Notes under the pieces: model-generated
Told to the model about the DNA's origin: nothing
Databases searched by the model: none
The model's input: only the letters and a program-made list of their open reading frames with translations
Part shown: one piece after another, positions 48,136 to 59,040 of the stretch
Numbering within the stretch: the stretch's first letter is position 1
Layout of the letters: each line of letters starts with the position of its first letter
Program-made: the position numbers and the translations under genes
Source: Chiloscyllium plagiosum
Lineage: Eukaryota
NCBI RefSeq assembly: GCF_004010195.1
Contig: NC_057712.1
Span: 94,717,591-94,781,590, forward strand
Length of the DNA stretch: 64,000 nucleotides
Reading direction: 5' to 3'

Positions 48136-49499
48136 ATACACAATGGTAACTAAGATTCACTAGGCCTAGTCAAATATTTACAATGTTCCAATGGGCTCCA
48201 GGAGACTGTAAGTTTGATTGAGGTGTCCAGACATATGTCCTGAGCTGTTCAGTGTCTCGTAGGAGTTGTTCTTAATGACGATTATGATCCCACAGAGGTA
48301 TATCTTGATTGCGTTCTGCGCGGTCTTGGTTGTCCTGGAGAGAGGTCAAGGTCATTTTTGTTGTTTAATAGCTGAATAGTTTTGAACTAAAGAAATGCCT
48401 ATGATACATAAGCCCTAACCCTCACTCACATTTTTCTTCAAATTAAAAAAAAACATAGCAATGGGAACCTCATATGGAATGTTGAGTTGGGTTTAGAGGC
48501 CTGTTTGACTCCAACCTCAGTTTCTAGTGGTAGGAGTTAAGGTGGTTGAAACGACGTGACCATGGTGTGGTCTGGAAAGTCTGAAATGAGGTGGCCGTGA
48601 CAAGCCATTATTTAAAGACAAGTGAAGAAGAAGATGCCTTGCCTGGAGGACTACGCTGAGGTGGTGAGCACCATAAACAATTTAAAAATAAGTGAGGATG
48701 AAAGATGCTCTCAAGAGGCCAATGATTTAAATATCAGTGAAACTGAGTGGGCAACCAAAGAAGTGTAACCTGGTTAATCTCACCATTTTGCACAGAAATA
48801 AGAATTGGACAATGTGTGAGGTGCATGTGAGTCTGGACCATCAGAAACAGTTGCACCTTGCCTCAGATGGCTATTGGGAGATGTTTCATCACCTGGATTA
48901 GTGAATGAGTGCATGTATCAAATTGGCACCCAACAGAGAGTGATCAGTGTGTTCTGAATTCTCTAATCTTTGGGGGAGTGGCCATAGTGAATCCTCCCGG
49001 TTCCCATGTTTGTGTCTGGTCATTCCCTCTAGTATTGACACCTGGAATTACCATTTGACAATCTGAGTTAATTCGTTCTTCCATAGTCCGTACTAGCTTT
49101 TTCACGGTGTCACCTTTCTATGGGGTAAGTACGTCATCTGGGGTGTGTATAAATGTGAGTCAGGAATATTTGATCTGTCTGTCTATCAGGCGGTTATTGG
49201 GAAGTCGTGTCATGTCTAGCCTGTCGGGAAGGCGTGACATGTTCATGTTGTCAGTTGGTAGTGACTCTTTCCAACCTGTTAGGGAATCTCGTACTGAGTC
49301 ACTTAAAGTGTTGGGGGATTCGTTGGACATGGAAGCTGCTGTCAATGGCAGAGATGGAAGTGCACCATTTTTGTTGGGAGTGGGGTGGTCTGTAGATGTG
49401 TCATGGGGTTTCTTTGGTCTTGTAATTTTTCTAGAACAGTGCCATCCACCATATATATATGTTAAGGTGGTGAGAGTGGTTGTGTTGATCATTAAATCC

Positions 49500-49636
49500 T
49501 GAGATGTTTAGGGTTGTGCAGAATCTCAGGTATCTTGAAGAAATTCTGTAGGGTGGCCTCTTACTTCACCATTGACTAGTGGTCTACCTACACTATCGCA
49601 CACCATATTGCAGTCCCACACTGGGGAGGCAGAGGC
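49500..49636 (-). pseudogene. Retropepsin protease remnant
   Basis: ASASPVWDCNMVCDSVGRPLVNGEVRGHPTEFLQDT* (RP.V..G...FL.DTG pattern; DT* at 49534-49526). Confidence 0.7.
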
Positions 49637-50970
49637 CTAACACCTTGTGGATGTCTCATAGGCTGGGAGTTGTGGGGGGGTTACATGGGTTGGCTAGTGT
49701 CCATGGCTTAGACTGAAGCTTGCCGAGTTGGGCCTTCTAATGGGAATTGGTGATTTCATCTATCACGCTTTGGCCCTCCTGTGGTCGGTGGGACCTGTGG
49801 CTGTGAGTATGGCCGTACATGGGCTCGACATTCCCATGCATTGTGTCCTCTGTGCCCACAGTTGTAGCACTACACTGCCAAATGTTCCCCCTATCTCTGC
49901 TTGTGGCTGTGTAAGGTGGAGCCAGGTTCATTGGGTAAGAGGTCTCCCCTTGTCCTTCATTCCTCCACACCGGACCCTGGTTGTACGTTCAGAATAGAAA
50001 GGAAGCATTTTCCCTCCTTTCTCTGCCTTGCCTTTATTAAATTCATGGGCTTTTCTCGCCCATACCCAGGACATTCTTCTCAGAATCCATGCCTCATTGT
50101 GGCTTGGCTCTGCGAGATTGAAGTTCACACATGCCTTCCTGCTCTCCTTGGCAGCATGGGAAACTAAAGTCCTAGCCCACGTACCTGAGTCAGCCTTGGA
50201 TAACTCACCCTGCTTAAGTCTCCATAGATTCCTGTAAAGTGCACCCATAAGCTACTGGCAAAGGCAGTCGCGTGCTCCCCCTTCTTTTGTTTGCACTTGT
50301 TCAACCTGGCTATGGGGTTTTTTATAGCCAATTGTAGTCAGAATTACCGTTTTCATATTGGCTAGGGTTCTGTCGCCTACATTTACCGGGGCTGGGATTG
50401 CCGACTGTACTGACTGGCTGAAACACATTACAATGGGTTTCACGCCCTCTCTCATCCAGCTCATGTAAGACATTCAGCTGCCTGACACTGTCTAAAAACA
50501 TAAACAGATCAGCTGATGGGTCAAATTCTGGAATCTTTTTTGCAATCTCTGCTAACTGCGGCACTGTAAATGGGGTGGTGTACGTGATTGCCGGGACTTT
50601 GGTCTCCCGACCTGCCTTTCGGTGATAATTGGGCTCATTGTGACTGGGGTGTTCCCAGGGGCACTGAAGGAGTAGACTCCTCTGGGAAGGGTGAGGTCAG
50701 ACCCCAATCCTCAGTGCACACAGCGTACTGCTGCGCGTCTTCCCTGAGCTCATCCCAGTCTATCCCTTGTTCTTCTCCTTCCTCGCTAATCTCCCTATAT
50801 GCACATATTATTCCTTTTTGAATTGAGAGCTGCACTTTTAATTTGTCAATCTCCTGCAGGCACTTGGTATGGTCTGCAGTTGCCTGTCTCTTTTCTCTGT
50901 CTGCCCAGTGCAGTACCCTGACTGCTGCCCGCAAATCTGCACATTTAGTTTTAAATTGACTTACTTCCTT

Positions 50971-51192
50971 CTCAGGCGAAAGTGAGGACTGCAGATCCTG
51001 AAGGTTAGAGTCGAGAGTGTGGTGCTGGAAAAGCACAGCAGGTCAGGTAGCATCCGAGGAGCAGGAAAATCGATGTTTCGGACAAAAGCCCTTCATTAGG
51101 GTTACCTGATGAAGGGCTTTTGCTCGAAACGTCAATTTTCCTGCTCCTCGGATGCTACCTGACCTGCTGTGCTTTTCCAGCACCACACTCTC
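50971..51192. mobile_element. Palindromic Penelope pLTR insertion with two hammerhead motifs, 13-bp TSD
   Basis: Arms are centred at ~51102. TSD gacttacttcctt at 50958-50970 and 51193-51205. Confidence 0.92.
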
Positions 51193-51402
51193 GACTTACT
51201 TCCTTTCCAGCAGCCTCTTTCACTAACACTGTGTGCTGAGTATCTTGATATGCTGGGATTGGTATTGCCCCATGTGGAGCAGGTTTGCCTGATTACTCTG
51301 GTCCTGAGCAGTGTTTTTCAACTATTCCTCTGTGATTACCCTTTTCGCGTCCTCCAGTTCCTTATGGACAGTTTTTATTTCCTGCTCTGATCCCAGTAAC
51401 TG

Positions 51403-51547
51403 AAGATGGCAGAGTGGAGGGCCTGAAGAAGGGCCTGTGCCCGAAACGTCGAATCTCCTGTTCCCTGGATGCTGCCTGACCTGCTGTGCTGTTCCAGCAA
51501 TAAAGTTTCAACTTTGATCTCCAGCATCTGCAGACCTCACTTTCTCC
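51403..51547 (+). mobile_element. Penelope pLTR insertion with intact hammerhead core, 12-bp TSD
   Basis: CUGAAGA(51423)-A-GGGC CUGU GCCC-GAAAC-GUC-GAAU. TSD tcccagtaactg at 51391-51402 and 51548-51559. Confidence 0.92.
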
Positions 51548-51907
51548 TCCCAGTAACTGCCCTAAACAGCACATTATCGCTAATACCTTCTCAGGTTTAA
51601 AAGCCCACTTCCCTTTAGTTCTCCTAAAATCATCCCAAAACTTCTGTCCTAGGGATCCTGGTCCCTTTTTTATCATTGCAACAAAATTCTGCCCATATGG
51701 GCCACTTTTTCTTATTGATATACTGCCTCAGTTTTATTTCCCATACAGGACAATCCTCAACTCTGGTGCCTTTCTCTGCCATTTTCAATTAAACTACAGA
51801 GTTTAGGGGGTGGATCAGACTGAAGATACGGCTTATGCTATGCTCTGGCCCTAATCCCGCCAGGGATGTATTGACTTTCCTAAGGTTTTACCTTACCTAT
51901 CCCACAC

Positions 51908-52198
51908 TAGATTACTTACAGTGTGGAAACAGGCCCTTCGGCCCAACAAATCCACACCAACCCTCCGAAGAGCAACCCATTCCTCTACATTTACCCCTTC
52001 ACCTAACACTATGGGCAATCTAGCATGGCCAATTCTGCATATCTTTGGACCGTGGGAGCAAACTGGAGCACCCGGAGGAAACACATGCTGACACAGGGAG
52101 AATGTGCAAACTCCACACAGACAGTTGCCTGAGGCAGGAATTGAACCTGGGTCTCTGGCATTGTGAGGCAGCAGTGCTAACCACTGTGCCACCGTGCC
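51908..52198 (-). mobile_element. HE1 SINE in proviral leader
   Basis: Reverse complement ggcacggtggcacagtggttagcactgctgcctcac...gtaagtaatcta. The flanks atcc(c)acac on both sides resemble a TSD. Confidence 0.95.
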
Positions 52199-52403
52199 AT
52201 CCACACACAGAAACAGTCGTTTGCTGGGTTTGAAGTATACATCTTTTAAAGATCAGTTCAGTTTCAGATCTTCTATACTCTTCGATTTACTTGGCCTTCG
52301 TATGGGACAGCTGCCCTCCTAACAACCAGCTCAGGCAAAATCTCAAGGAATATTAGGTTGCAAGGGATTCGACCTCAGAGCAACACAGACATTTCTTATC
52401 AAG

Positions 52404-52421
52404 GTCTCATCTTGGGTGCCA
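52404..52421 (-). promoter_or_regulatory. Primer binding site, tRNA-Arg-like
   Basis: TGGCACCCAAGATGAGAC lies 3 nt after the LTR end and matches TGGCACCCCAGATGGGAC at 16/18 (complement of vertebrate tRNA-Arg(CCT) 3' end, from memory). Confidence 0.7.
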
Positions 52422-52424
52422 ATT

Positions 52425-53244
52425 TGTTGTGCCTGCCACACATTGTGATTAAATTCTTATCTTCAGCAAAAGAACTATAAGTCAACTCTTAATAATGATA
52501 TACAAAAACACTCATTTATTTGATACAATTAATATTAGAACAATAAAGTAGACTATAAACTAATGATAAACACTACAAACTATCTTATGCATTAACTTAA
52601 TTTTGCATGATCATTTACCATCATGCGAGAAGCTGGCCTGGCTCCATGTGATGACATCATCTGGTCTTCTCCCAAGAGTCTCAGGGGTGTCTTCTCTTTT
52701 GTTGGTTATTCTTGAGTTACCACTCTCCAGTTACCGCCCACTTTCCAGTAACCACTCCTGTGGGTGGTGTGGCAATACTCCAAAGTCTTCGTGCCCTTTT
52801 GGGAGAGTCTTGAGTATCTTCCAATAGATCGATCAAGTTTGATCACCCTGATTGATCAGACCCAACCAGGTATTGGGAAGCTGATGGCCGGGTGGTCCTT
52901 AAGTGTCCATTACTGCAGGTGCTGGATACATGTAGCCTCCTCCAAACAAGGGTGTGAGGTGCCTCTGTGTCTGGTAAGCACCTCGATATTTCCAATTGTC
53001 CCAAGGGCGACATTCCATTGACCCGTTCAAACCCAAATTTGGTTGTGCATTGTAGGGTCTACAGCTACCAGGTTAGTTTGCACAATGTCCACGGGCAGCT
53101 GCAGTCTGTCTGGATTCTGCAACATGTTAATTGACACAGTCACTTCAGTTAATGCTGGCTCTCATTTCCCAGGATACTTTAGTCCTTGTCCATTTTATCA
53201 AATTCATCATAAATTTATCATTTTGAGCAGTCTGCCTGGATACA
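52425..53244 (-). repeat. 5' LTR (820 bp)
   Basis: Begins TGTA and ends CAACA, with AATAAA ~90 nt before the end (tttatt at ~52515 on +). Confidence 0.8.
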
Positions 53245-53529
53245 GGCTTCAAATGAGTGAACCAAATGCCCAATACTGAAATGCTTCAAACAGTAGAATT
53301 GTCTGGAATTGAAGGACCCATGAAAGTCAGAGCTCAGCTCAAATATATTGGACAAGAAGTACATGTGGTTCCCACCAAAATTCCCAAGACCGTTATGTAT
53401 TCACAATTTAAACTTGGATATCACCTGTGAGGTTGGTTGAGATTTAGGTTCAAGAGCTCTGTTATGATTCCCATAGAGATGATAATCGTAAATAAGATAT
53501 TTATGTTTTCTGTGTCTGACTGGAAGGAT

Positions 53530-54328
53530 CACACAATTTGGACTGATTACAGGCAAGTAACGTTTGTGCCACATAAGTGCCAGCTGATGATCATCTTAAC
53601 CAGAAAGAACCTAACCATTGCTCTTAACATTTATTGGCAGTACCATTACTGAATGCCACTCTATTGACATCCTGGAGTTTACCATTGACCAGCAACTGAA
53701 CTGAGCAAATTATATAAATGCTGTGGTTACAAATGTAGGTCAAAGGCAAGAATTGTGAGGCAACTAAGTCGCCCCTATCCGTTGAATGCTTGAATCCCAT
53801 TTACAATGCACAAGTTAGGGCTACATCAGCCAACTCTCCACTTGCTTGGGTAGTTGCACCTCAAAAATCTCTCATGAGATTTGACATTATTCAGGGCAAA
53901 ATAGCTCACTTGATTTGTATTCTACTAACAACCATTCAACATTCACTTCCTTTACCACTGATGCAGTGACAACAGTTTGTATCATGCACAAGGTGTACTG
54001 TCTCAATGCACCATGGCCATTTCTGCAGCTCTGCTCAAACCTGTGATCTCTACCATCTGGAAGGACAAGGGCAGGAGCACACCCGCACCTGCAAGTTTTC
54101 CTCCAAGTCACAGACCACCCTGACTAGAAATTATATTACCATTGCTTCACATTTGTGGGTCAAAATCCTGGAATTCCCTCCCTCACAGCACTGTATCCCT
54201 ATATCCCAAGGACTGCAGCAACTTCAGAAGACAGATCACCACCACCTTCTTGAGGGCAATCAGAGATGAGTAATAAATGCTTGCTTAATCAGTGACACCA
54301 ACATCCCATGAATTAGTGAAAAAAAAGC
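53530..54328 (+). mobile_element. Jockey-group (CR1/L2-like) LINE 3' part
   Basis: Collinear with 17470-17870. It continues to the tail cttgagggcaatcagagatgagtaataaatgct...catcccatgaat and an A-run. Confidence 0.8.
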
Positions 54329-54339
54329 AAGATTCAAAT

Positions 54340-55680
54340 TTGAAAACCTTTCAGTACAGGAGTAAAGAATTCTTGCTTCAGTAGTACGCAACATTGATTA
54401 GACCATACCTGGAGTAAGCAGTTCTCGTCTCTCTGCCTAAGGAAGGCTATACTTGCCATGGAGGGGGTGCAGTGGTCGTCCACCAGATTGATTCCCAAGA
54501 TGGTGGACTGCCCTGTAAGGAGAAATAGAGGAGACAGAGCTTGTAGTCTCTGGAGTTCAGAAGAATGGGACAGGGTCTTATGGAAACTTAGAAAATTCTT
54601 AAAGGGATGGACTGACTAGATGGAGAAAGGATGCTTCTCCTACCTGTGAAGTCTGGACCCAGGGACCACAGCTTCAGAATAAAAGTCAAGGCATTTAGGG
54701 TTGAGATGAGGAGTAACATATTTACTCAGAGGGTGGCATATCTTTGGAATTCTAGACATGGGAATGTTGTGGAAGTTCAGTCATTAAGTTAAATTCAAGA
54801 GAGAGATTGACAGATTTCTAGTTACTGATGACATCAAAGGATATTGGGCAGCACGGTGGCACAGTGGTTAGCACTACTGCCTCACAGCGTCAGGGACCTA
54901 GATTTGATTCCTGTCTCAGGCGACTGTCTGTGTGGAGTTCGTACATTCTCCCCGTGTCAGCATGGGTTTCCTCTGCCTGCTCTGGTTTCCTACCACAGTC
55001 CAAACACGTGCACGTTAGGTGAATTGGCCATATTAAATAGCCCATAGTGTTCAGGAATGAGTAAGTAGGTGCATTAGTCAGGGATAAATGCAGAGTAGTA
55101 GGGAAATGGGTCTGCTTTGGATGTTCTTCGGAGGGTCAGTGTGGACTTGTTGGGCTGAAGGGCCTCTTTCCACACTGTAGAGATTCTATGAAATTCTATG
55201 ATTCTAGGGATTGTATATGGGAATAACATGGGCAGTGAGGTAGATCCAATTCCAGAGATGCAAGCCCTGTCTTATGAGAGGAGGTTGATTATTTTAGACC
55301 TATACTTGCTAGAATTTAGAAGAATAAGACAAGATCTAATTGAGGTTTGTTAAGTTGCTAAAGATGGTTAACAAAGTAAATGTAGAGCAGAGGTTTCTTC
55401 TTGTGAGTCAATCTGAACCAGGAGGCTATAGTTTTAGCATAAGGGTTAGCAGATTGAAAACAGAGATGAGGAGGAATTACTTCTCTCAAAGGGTCTGAAT
55501 CTGTGGACCGTGGAGTTGAGACTGAGATGAGATCAAGCATGTTCATATCAAATGGTGGAAGAAGCTCAAGGGGCAGAATCACCTACTCCTGCTCTTACTT
55601 CTTATGTTCTTATAATCTAGAATGGTGGAGTGACTTGAGAGTCTGAATGATCTATTCATTGTCCTATGTTCTTAATAAAC
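54340..55680 (+). mobile_element. CR1 3' fragments (two), interrupted by HE1
   Basis: ttagaccatacctggagta, gagatgaggagtaacatatttactcagagggtgg; the second piece 55250-55680 ends with (cttatgtt)n tails. Confidence 0.8.
54846..55205 (+). mobile_element. HE1 SINE
   Basis: gggcagcacggtggcacagtggttagc...cacactgtagagattctatgaaattctatgattcta. Confidence 0.95.
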
Positions 55681-56758
55681 AAACTGATAGCAACATTGAC
55701 TAAACACTATTCAGAGGACAGCTCCTATTTTAAACTACTGAAAAGTTTCTCCACTTTCAGTTAAAATGTTTGAGAATCCCTTGCCACAAATATATTTCAC
55801 TCTGAGCCTGAGGTGGATGCTTCAGTTTTCCAGAACCAGTGTTAAACTATTCTCAGCTCCCATTAGCTAGCCTCTCTTTCAATTTTCAGCCAGGTAACCT
55901 CTAATTTTTGAATTAATTTTTATGCTGAGGGTTGTCCTGGAGATTCCTTCCTGCAGCCAACGTTAGGAGAATCTTTCATTTAAATTCACACAAATTTAAT
56001 CTCTTCAAACATGAACTACCATTTATGCAATGCATAAAAGAAAGACTAGCTGTCTCTCAGAAAGACTAGCTGTCTCTCTCGCCGATTCTTGCAGAGTGAG
56101 CATGACTTTATCATTCAGGGATCTCTTGGAAAATCTTCAAGTTGATTCTACAATGTTTTCCTATGGATTTATCCCTTTGTGTAATAATGTGAATCACACG
56201 GCCATGTATCCAGGCAGAATTGATAATTAGATATCTTATGGAGCACTAACTCTATTCTATCTTGACATTAAGTAGAAAGCTTGAACTCTAACTGTTTAGA
56301 AAACTTGATATTCTGAATACCTCCCTGTGAGACTTTGCATGACAACCAAAGATTGGGCAACAATGCATAAGAAAGAACTACCTGGGAGTAATTTCATGTA
56401 ATAATGGTGTTGTTTGTTCTGAACAGCAAATAATATGGACAAAAGACAAGGTCCAAAACTAAGCAGTCCCAAAACACTTATATGGTTCAGGCCTGTCACA
56501 AGTTCAATTGGGCTCCAAGCCATGTTAGAATGCACATCAGATGACTCAACACACACACAAGTAACTGTCATTTGTTAGAATGAAGGGAACTGATGTTAAT
56601 TTATGACGACGGCAATCAGCTGATTGATCACTCATTTTTATTTTGCTGCCCCGTAGCTTCATATTCCTTGTTATCTTGGCCTGATAGAAATTCAAGGTTT
56701 CAGAGCCATGGAAGTACTTTTTTATGATGTGTCATCACTGTCTCAAAGCAGGAAACTT

Positions 56759-58585
56759 TAATTGAATTGAATTGAATTGAATTGAATTGAATTAATTGTC
56801 ATGCGTACTGAGGCACAGTGGAAAGCTCTGTCTTGCGAGCAATACAGGCAAGATCACAGAGTTAAATAGCATATATAAATAAATAATAGGTAAGCAATGG
56901 CAAAAAACAAATCACAGGTACAGGCGAATGCTACGAATTTGAGAGTCCATTCAGTATTCTAACAACAGTAGGGTAGAGACGGTTGCGAAACTGGCTGGTG
57001 CATGTATTCAGGCTTCGGTACCTTCTCCCTGATGGTAGAGGTTGTAAAAAAGCTTTGTCAGGGTGGGATGGATCTTTGAGAATGCTGGCTGCCTTTCGTT
57101 GACAGCGGGCATGGTAGATGGATTCTGTAGATGGGAGGTTGGCCTTTGTGATTGTCCAGGCCAAGTTAACCACTCTCTCTAACTGTCTCTGATTTTGAAT
57201 GGTACAGTTGCCATACCAGGTAGTGACATATCTGGACAGAATGCTCTCGATGGCGCACCTATAAAAGTTGGCAAGGGTATTCACCATCATGCCAAATTTC
57301 CTCAGCTGCCTGAGGAAGAAGAGATGTTGTTGGACCTTTGTAACCAGTGTGTCCATTTGAAGAGTCCAGTAAAGCTTGTTGTTGATGACTATTTCCAGGA
57401 GCTTGACTCTCTCCACTTGTTCCATCTCTGTGCTGTCAACGTGTAGGGGGGCATGAGTAACGTCCTGACAAAAGTCAATAATGAGTTCCTTGGTTTTGCA
57501 GGCTAGGTTGTTCTCAGCGCACCATTTTTCTAGGTCTTTCATCTCCCATCTGTAGTCTGTTTCGTCACCATCTGAGATTCGACTGACTATGGTGGTGCCA
57601 TCAACAAACTTGTAAATGGCATTTGTCTGGTATTTGGCGACACAGTCATGGGTATACAGTGAGTACAGTAGGGGGCTGAGTACACACCCCTGGGGGGCTC
57701 CAGTGTTGAGTGTTAGTGAGGATGAAATATCCCCAATCGTCACTGATTGTGGCCTGTGGGTCAGGAAACTGAGGATCCGGTTGCCAAGGGTGGGGCTTAG
57801 TCCAAGATCACTAAATTTAGTAATCAATCTTGAGGGGATAATAGTGTTGAAGGCTAACTTTAGTCAATGAGTAGGATCCTTACGTAATTGTTTTTGGTGT
57901 CAAGATGTTCTAGGAGGAGGGAAGGGCAAGTGATATAGCATCTGGTATGGATCTGCTGATCTGATAGGCAATTTGGAGTGGGTCAAGAATAGTGGGGAGG
58001 CTGGATTGGATTAATGCCATGACCAGCCTTTCAAAGCACTTCATGACCACCGAAGTTAGAGCCACTGGGCAGTAGCCATTGAGACATGCTACATGAGCCT
58101 TCTTAGGCACAGGGATGATGTTGGCCCTCTTGTAACAGGCAGAGACAGTGGCCTGCTGCAGGGAGAGGTTGAAGATGTCCAAGAAGACCTCTGCCAGTTA
58201 ATCGTGCGTGCTCTGAGTGCACGGCCTGGTACTCCGTCTGGTCCCAGCACTTTCTTTGGATTCACACGAAGGAAAACTGACCTGCCCTCTGATGCAGTGA
58301 CTGTTGGAATAGGTTCGTCAGGACTTGTTGGAATAGGCGTTACCGCTCCGCTGAAATTCTGCTCAAAGCAAGAATAGAAGGCATTGAGATGGTCTGGGAG
58401 GGATGTGTCATCGTCTGCTATCTTGCACTGTCTCTTTTTAGAACCTGTGATGTCATTCAGTCCTTACCATAGTCACCAGGTGTCTGTCTGGGTCTCTAGT
58501 TTGGATCAGTATCGGTCCTTGGCTGTCTTAATGGCTCTGCAAAGATCATACTTGGATTGCCTGTTCTGAGTGAGGCTTGATCTGA
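56759..58585 (-). mobile_element. Rex1/Babar LINE, 5'-truncated
   Basis: [59 protein letters not shown]; (attga)n tail at 56761-56790. Confidence 0.92.
56931..57827 (-). pseudogene. Rex1/Babar RT C-terminal 298-aa open remnant
   Basis: Longest ORF in the window. The catalytic FADD is altered to FVDG and the upstream part is frameshifted. Confidence 0.85.
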
Positions 58586-58599
58586 ATCACCAGCTAAGT

Positions 58600-59040
58600 C
58601 ACAGCTGACATTGATCTCAGACCTAAAATCTTCAACTGGCCATCAGTCTTCACAATCTTTGAGTTTAGAATTCCAAATTTCTATTATTTACCCATTATTT
58701 GGGAAAGATGCTTCTTGATTTCTCTTCTAAATGGTCACATTGTATCTTTTGTGTATTCAATTATTCATAATTTTCCCCACCAGAGAAAACAGTTCCTCTG
58801 TATCTACCCTAATGAATGCTTTGAATATATATCACCTTGATCAAATCACCCCTTAACTCTATAAATGCAGGGAAATATTGGCCCAGTTTATGAAATCTGT
58901 CCCCATAGTTTAACCCAAAACAACTGTAACGTTCTGCTTTGTAACCCCTTGAAGTCCAATATATCCATCTCAAGGTGCAGTACCTCAAAATGAGTGCAGT
59001 TACTTCAGACAGGTTCTCACCAAAGTATTACACAACAGAA
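58600..59040 (-). mobile_element. Degraded CR1 3' fragment
   Basis: caccttgatcaaatcaccccttaac, caatatatccatctcaaggtgcagtacctcaaaatgagtgcagttac. Confidence 0.65.

Larger units (their letters stand above)
49637..51782 (-). pseudogene. gag: gag (frameshifted, two Penelope insertions)
   Basis: MAEKGTRVEDCPVWEIKLRQYINKKKWPIWAEFC..GPGSLGQKFW; coiled coil; capsid-like YTTPFTVPQLAEIAKKIPEFDPSAD...WARTLVSHA; zinc knuckle CYNCGHRGHNAWEC (49869-49828). Confidence 0.8.
47563..53244 (-). mobile_element. Retrovirus-like LTR provirus (gag-pro, RT/IN not recognisable)
   Basis: 5' LTR 53244-52425 (TG..CA); PBS 52421-52404; gag from 51782; CCHC; protease; PPT aggagggac (47652-47644); 3' LTR start at 47643 matching the 5' LTR start, truncated after ~80 bp. 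Confidence 0.85.

Noticed and set aside
56041-56078. Tandem duplication aaagactagctgtctctc x2
   Set aside because: Ordinary 20-bp slippage duplication.
56931-57827. 298-aa ORF as a domesticated or host gene (ALKBH8 N-terminal-like region)
   Set aside because: It lies within a Rex1/Babar LINE with a repeat tail, a mutated catalytic motif and upstream frameshifts.
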